This document shows positions 63,468 through 64,000 of a DNA stretch of 64,000 nt, one piece after another (position 1 is the first letter of the stretch; each line of letters starts with the position of its first letter). A model generated the notes under the pieces. The model searched no databases, was not told where the DNA came from, and saw nothing but the letters and a program-made list of their open reading frames with translations. This DNA comes from an uncultured Actinomycetes bacterium. GTDB lineage: Bacteria > Actinomycetota > Actinomycetes > Streptosporangiales > Streptosporangiaceae. Location: NCBI GenBank assembly GCA_963830385.1, contig CAWHMD010000013.1, positions 20,626-84,625 on the forward strand. Reading direction: 5' to 3'. Made by a program: the position numbers and the translations under genes.

Positions 63468-64000
63468 GTGACGGTGCTTCCGGCCCAAGAGCCAGCCCCA
63501 GAGCCAGCCCCGGAGACCGCTACCGAGCCGGCCGGTGAACCGGCCCTGTCGCTGTCCGAATGGATCGTGCTGTGCCTGGTCTGCGAGCAGCCCACGCACG
63601 GCAACGCCGTCGCCGCCCTGGTGGGCCGGGACGGTGAGCTCGGCCAGATCTGGCACGTGCACCGGGCGGTGGTCTACCGGTCGCTGGACCGGCTGACCGA
63701 GCTCGGCCTGATCCGCTCGGCCGGTGCGCAGCACTCGACCCAGGGCCCGGTGCGGTCGCTGGTCGAGGCGACCCGGGCCGGGCGGGCGGCCGCCCTGCCC
63801 TGGCAGCAGCGCCCGGTCCAGCACACCCGTGACATCCGGTCCGAGCTGCTGGTCAAGCTGGCTCTGCTGAACCGCGCGGGCACCGACCCGCACAACCTGC
63901 TGACCGCCCAGCACACCCGGCTGGTGCCCATCGCCGAGGCGCTGCGGGAACGGGCCGCCACCGCCTCCGGGTTCGACCGGACCCTGCTGCTGTGGCGGTA
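63468..64000 (+). CDS. PadR family transcriptional regulator, 3' end beyond window
   Basis: Not in the track (no stop in window). Own translation from GTG 63468: VTVLPAQEPAPEPAPETATEPAGEPALSLSEWIVLCLVCEQPTHGNAVAALVGRDGELGQIWHVHRAVVYRSLDRLTELGLIRS... Confidence 0.7.
   Translation, partial: MTVLPAQEPAPEPAPETATEPAGEPALSLSEWIVLCLVCEQPTHGNAVAALVGRDGELGQIWHVHRAVVYRSLDRLTELGLIRSAGAQHSTQGPVRSLVEATRAGRAAALPWQQRPVQHTRDIRSELLVKLALLNRAGTDPHNLLTAQHTRLVPIAEALRERAATASGFDRTLLLWR

Noticed and set aside
63393-63914. N-terminal extension of the XdhC ORF (to 582 aa)
   Set aside because: It overlaps the PadR gene on the opposite strand. The XdhC family N-terminus (RDILSRITKWW) starts near 63347-63392 with a good RBS at 63392.

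Overview
Very GC-rich actinobacterial chromosome segment with about 75 supportable genes. Many long shadow ORFs in the track are high-GC artefacts. The backbone is the conserved origin-proximal cell-wall and signalling block, in the same order as M. tuberculosis Rv0020c-Rv0009: tRNA-Leu(CAG), fhaA, fhaB, pstP, rodA, pbpA, pknA, pknB, (sortase E), crgA, rhomboid, ppiA (19.0-31.2 kb). Directly beside the tRNA lies a contiguous SOS mutasome cassette, imuA'-imuB-dnaE2, with a LexA-type palindrome upstream. The left end (1-9.6 kb) holds a translationally coupled glycosyltransferase operon (GT2, GT-C, GT87), STAS and RsbW-like partner-switching genes, arginine deiminase, an orphan TagH/Wzt-like ABC ATPase, a YVTN beta-propeller, and a Sco1 / PCuAC-like / deacetylase group. 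The right half (43-64 kb) is housekeeping and accessory metabolism. It carries several cis-regulatory RNAs that I recognise by sequence: a TPP riboswitch before an NCS1 permease, two cobalamin riboswitches (before cbtB plus a decayed cbtA, and before a NiCoT transporter), and a yybP-ykoY Mn riboswitch before a GDT1/UPF0016 exporter. It also shows two decay scars (an AKR/AraC deletion joint and a truncated cbtA). The most interesting locus is 37.4-43.4 kb. It is a compositionally atypical, tightly packed plus-strand operon encoding a RelA/SpoT-like (toxSAS-like) nucleotidyltransferase, a small apparently frameshifted ORF and a 942-aa HerA/FtsK-type ATPase with an unassigned N-terminal domain of about 350 aa. 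A convergent WhiB-like regulator and an orphan alpha-class DNA methyltransferase follow. I do not know a described system with this composition and propose it as a candidate conflict or defence module. All family calls come from motif recognition by eye. No database search was run.
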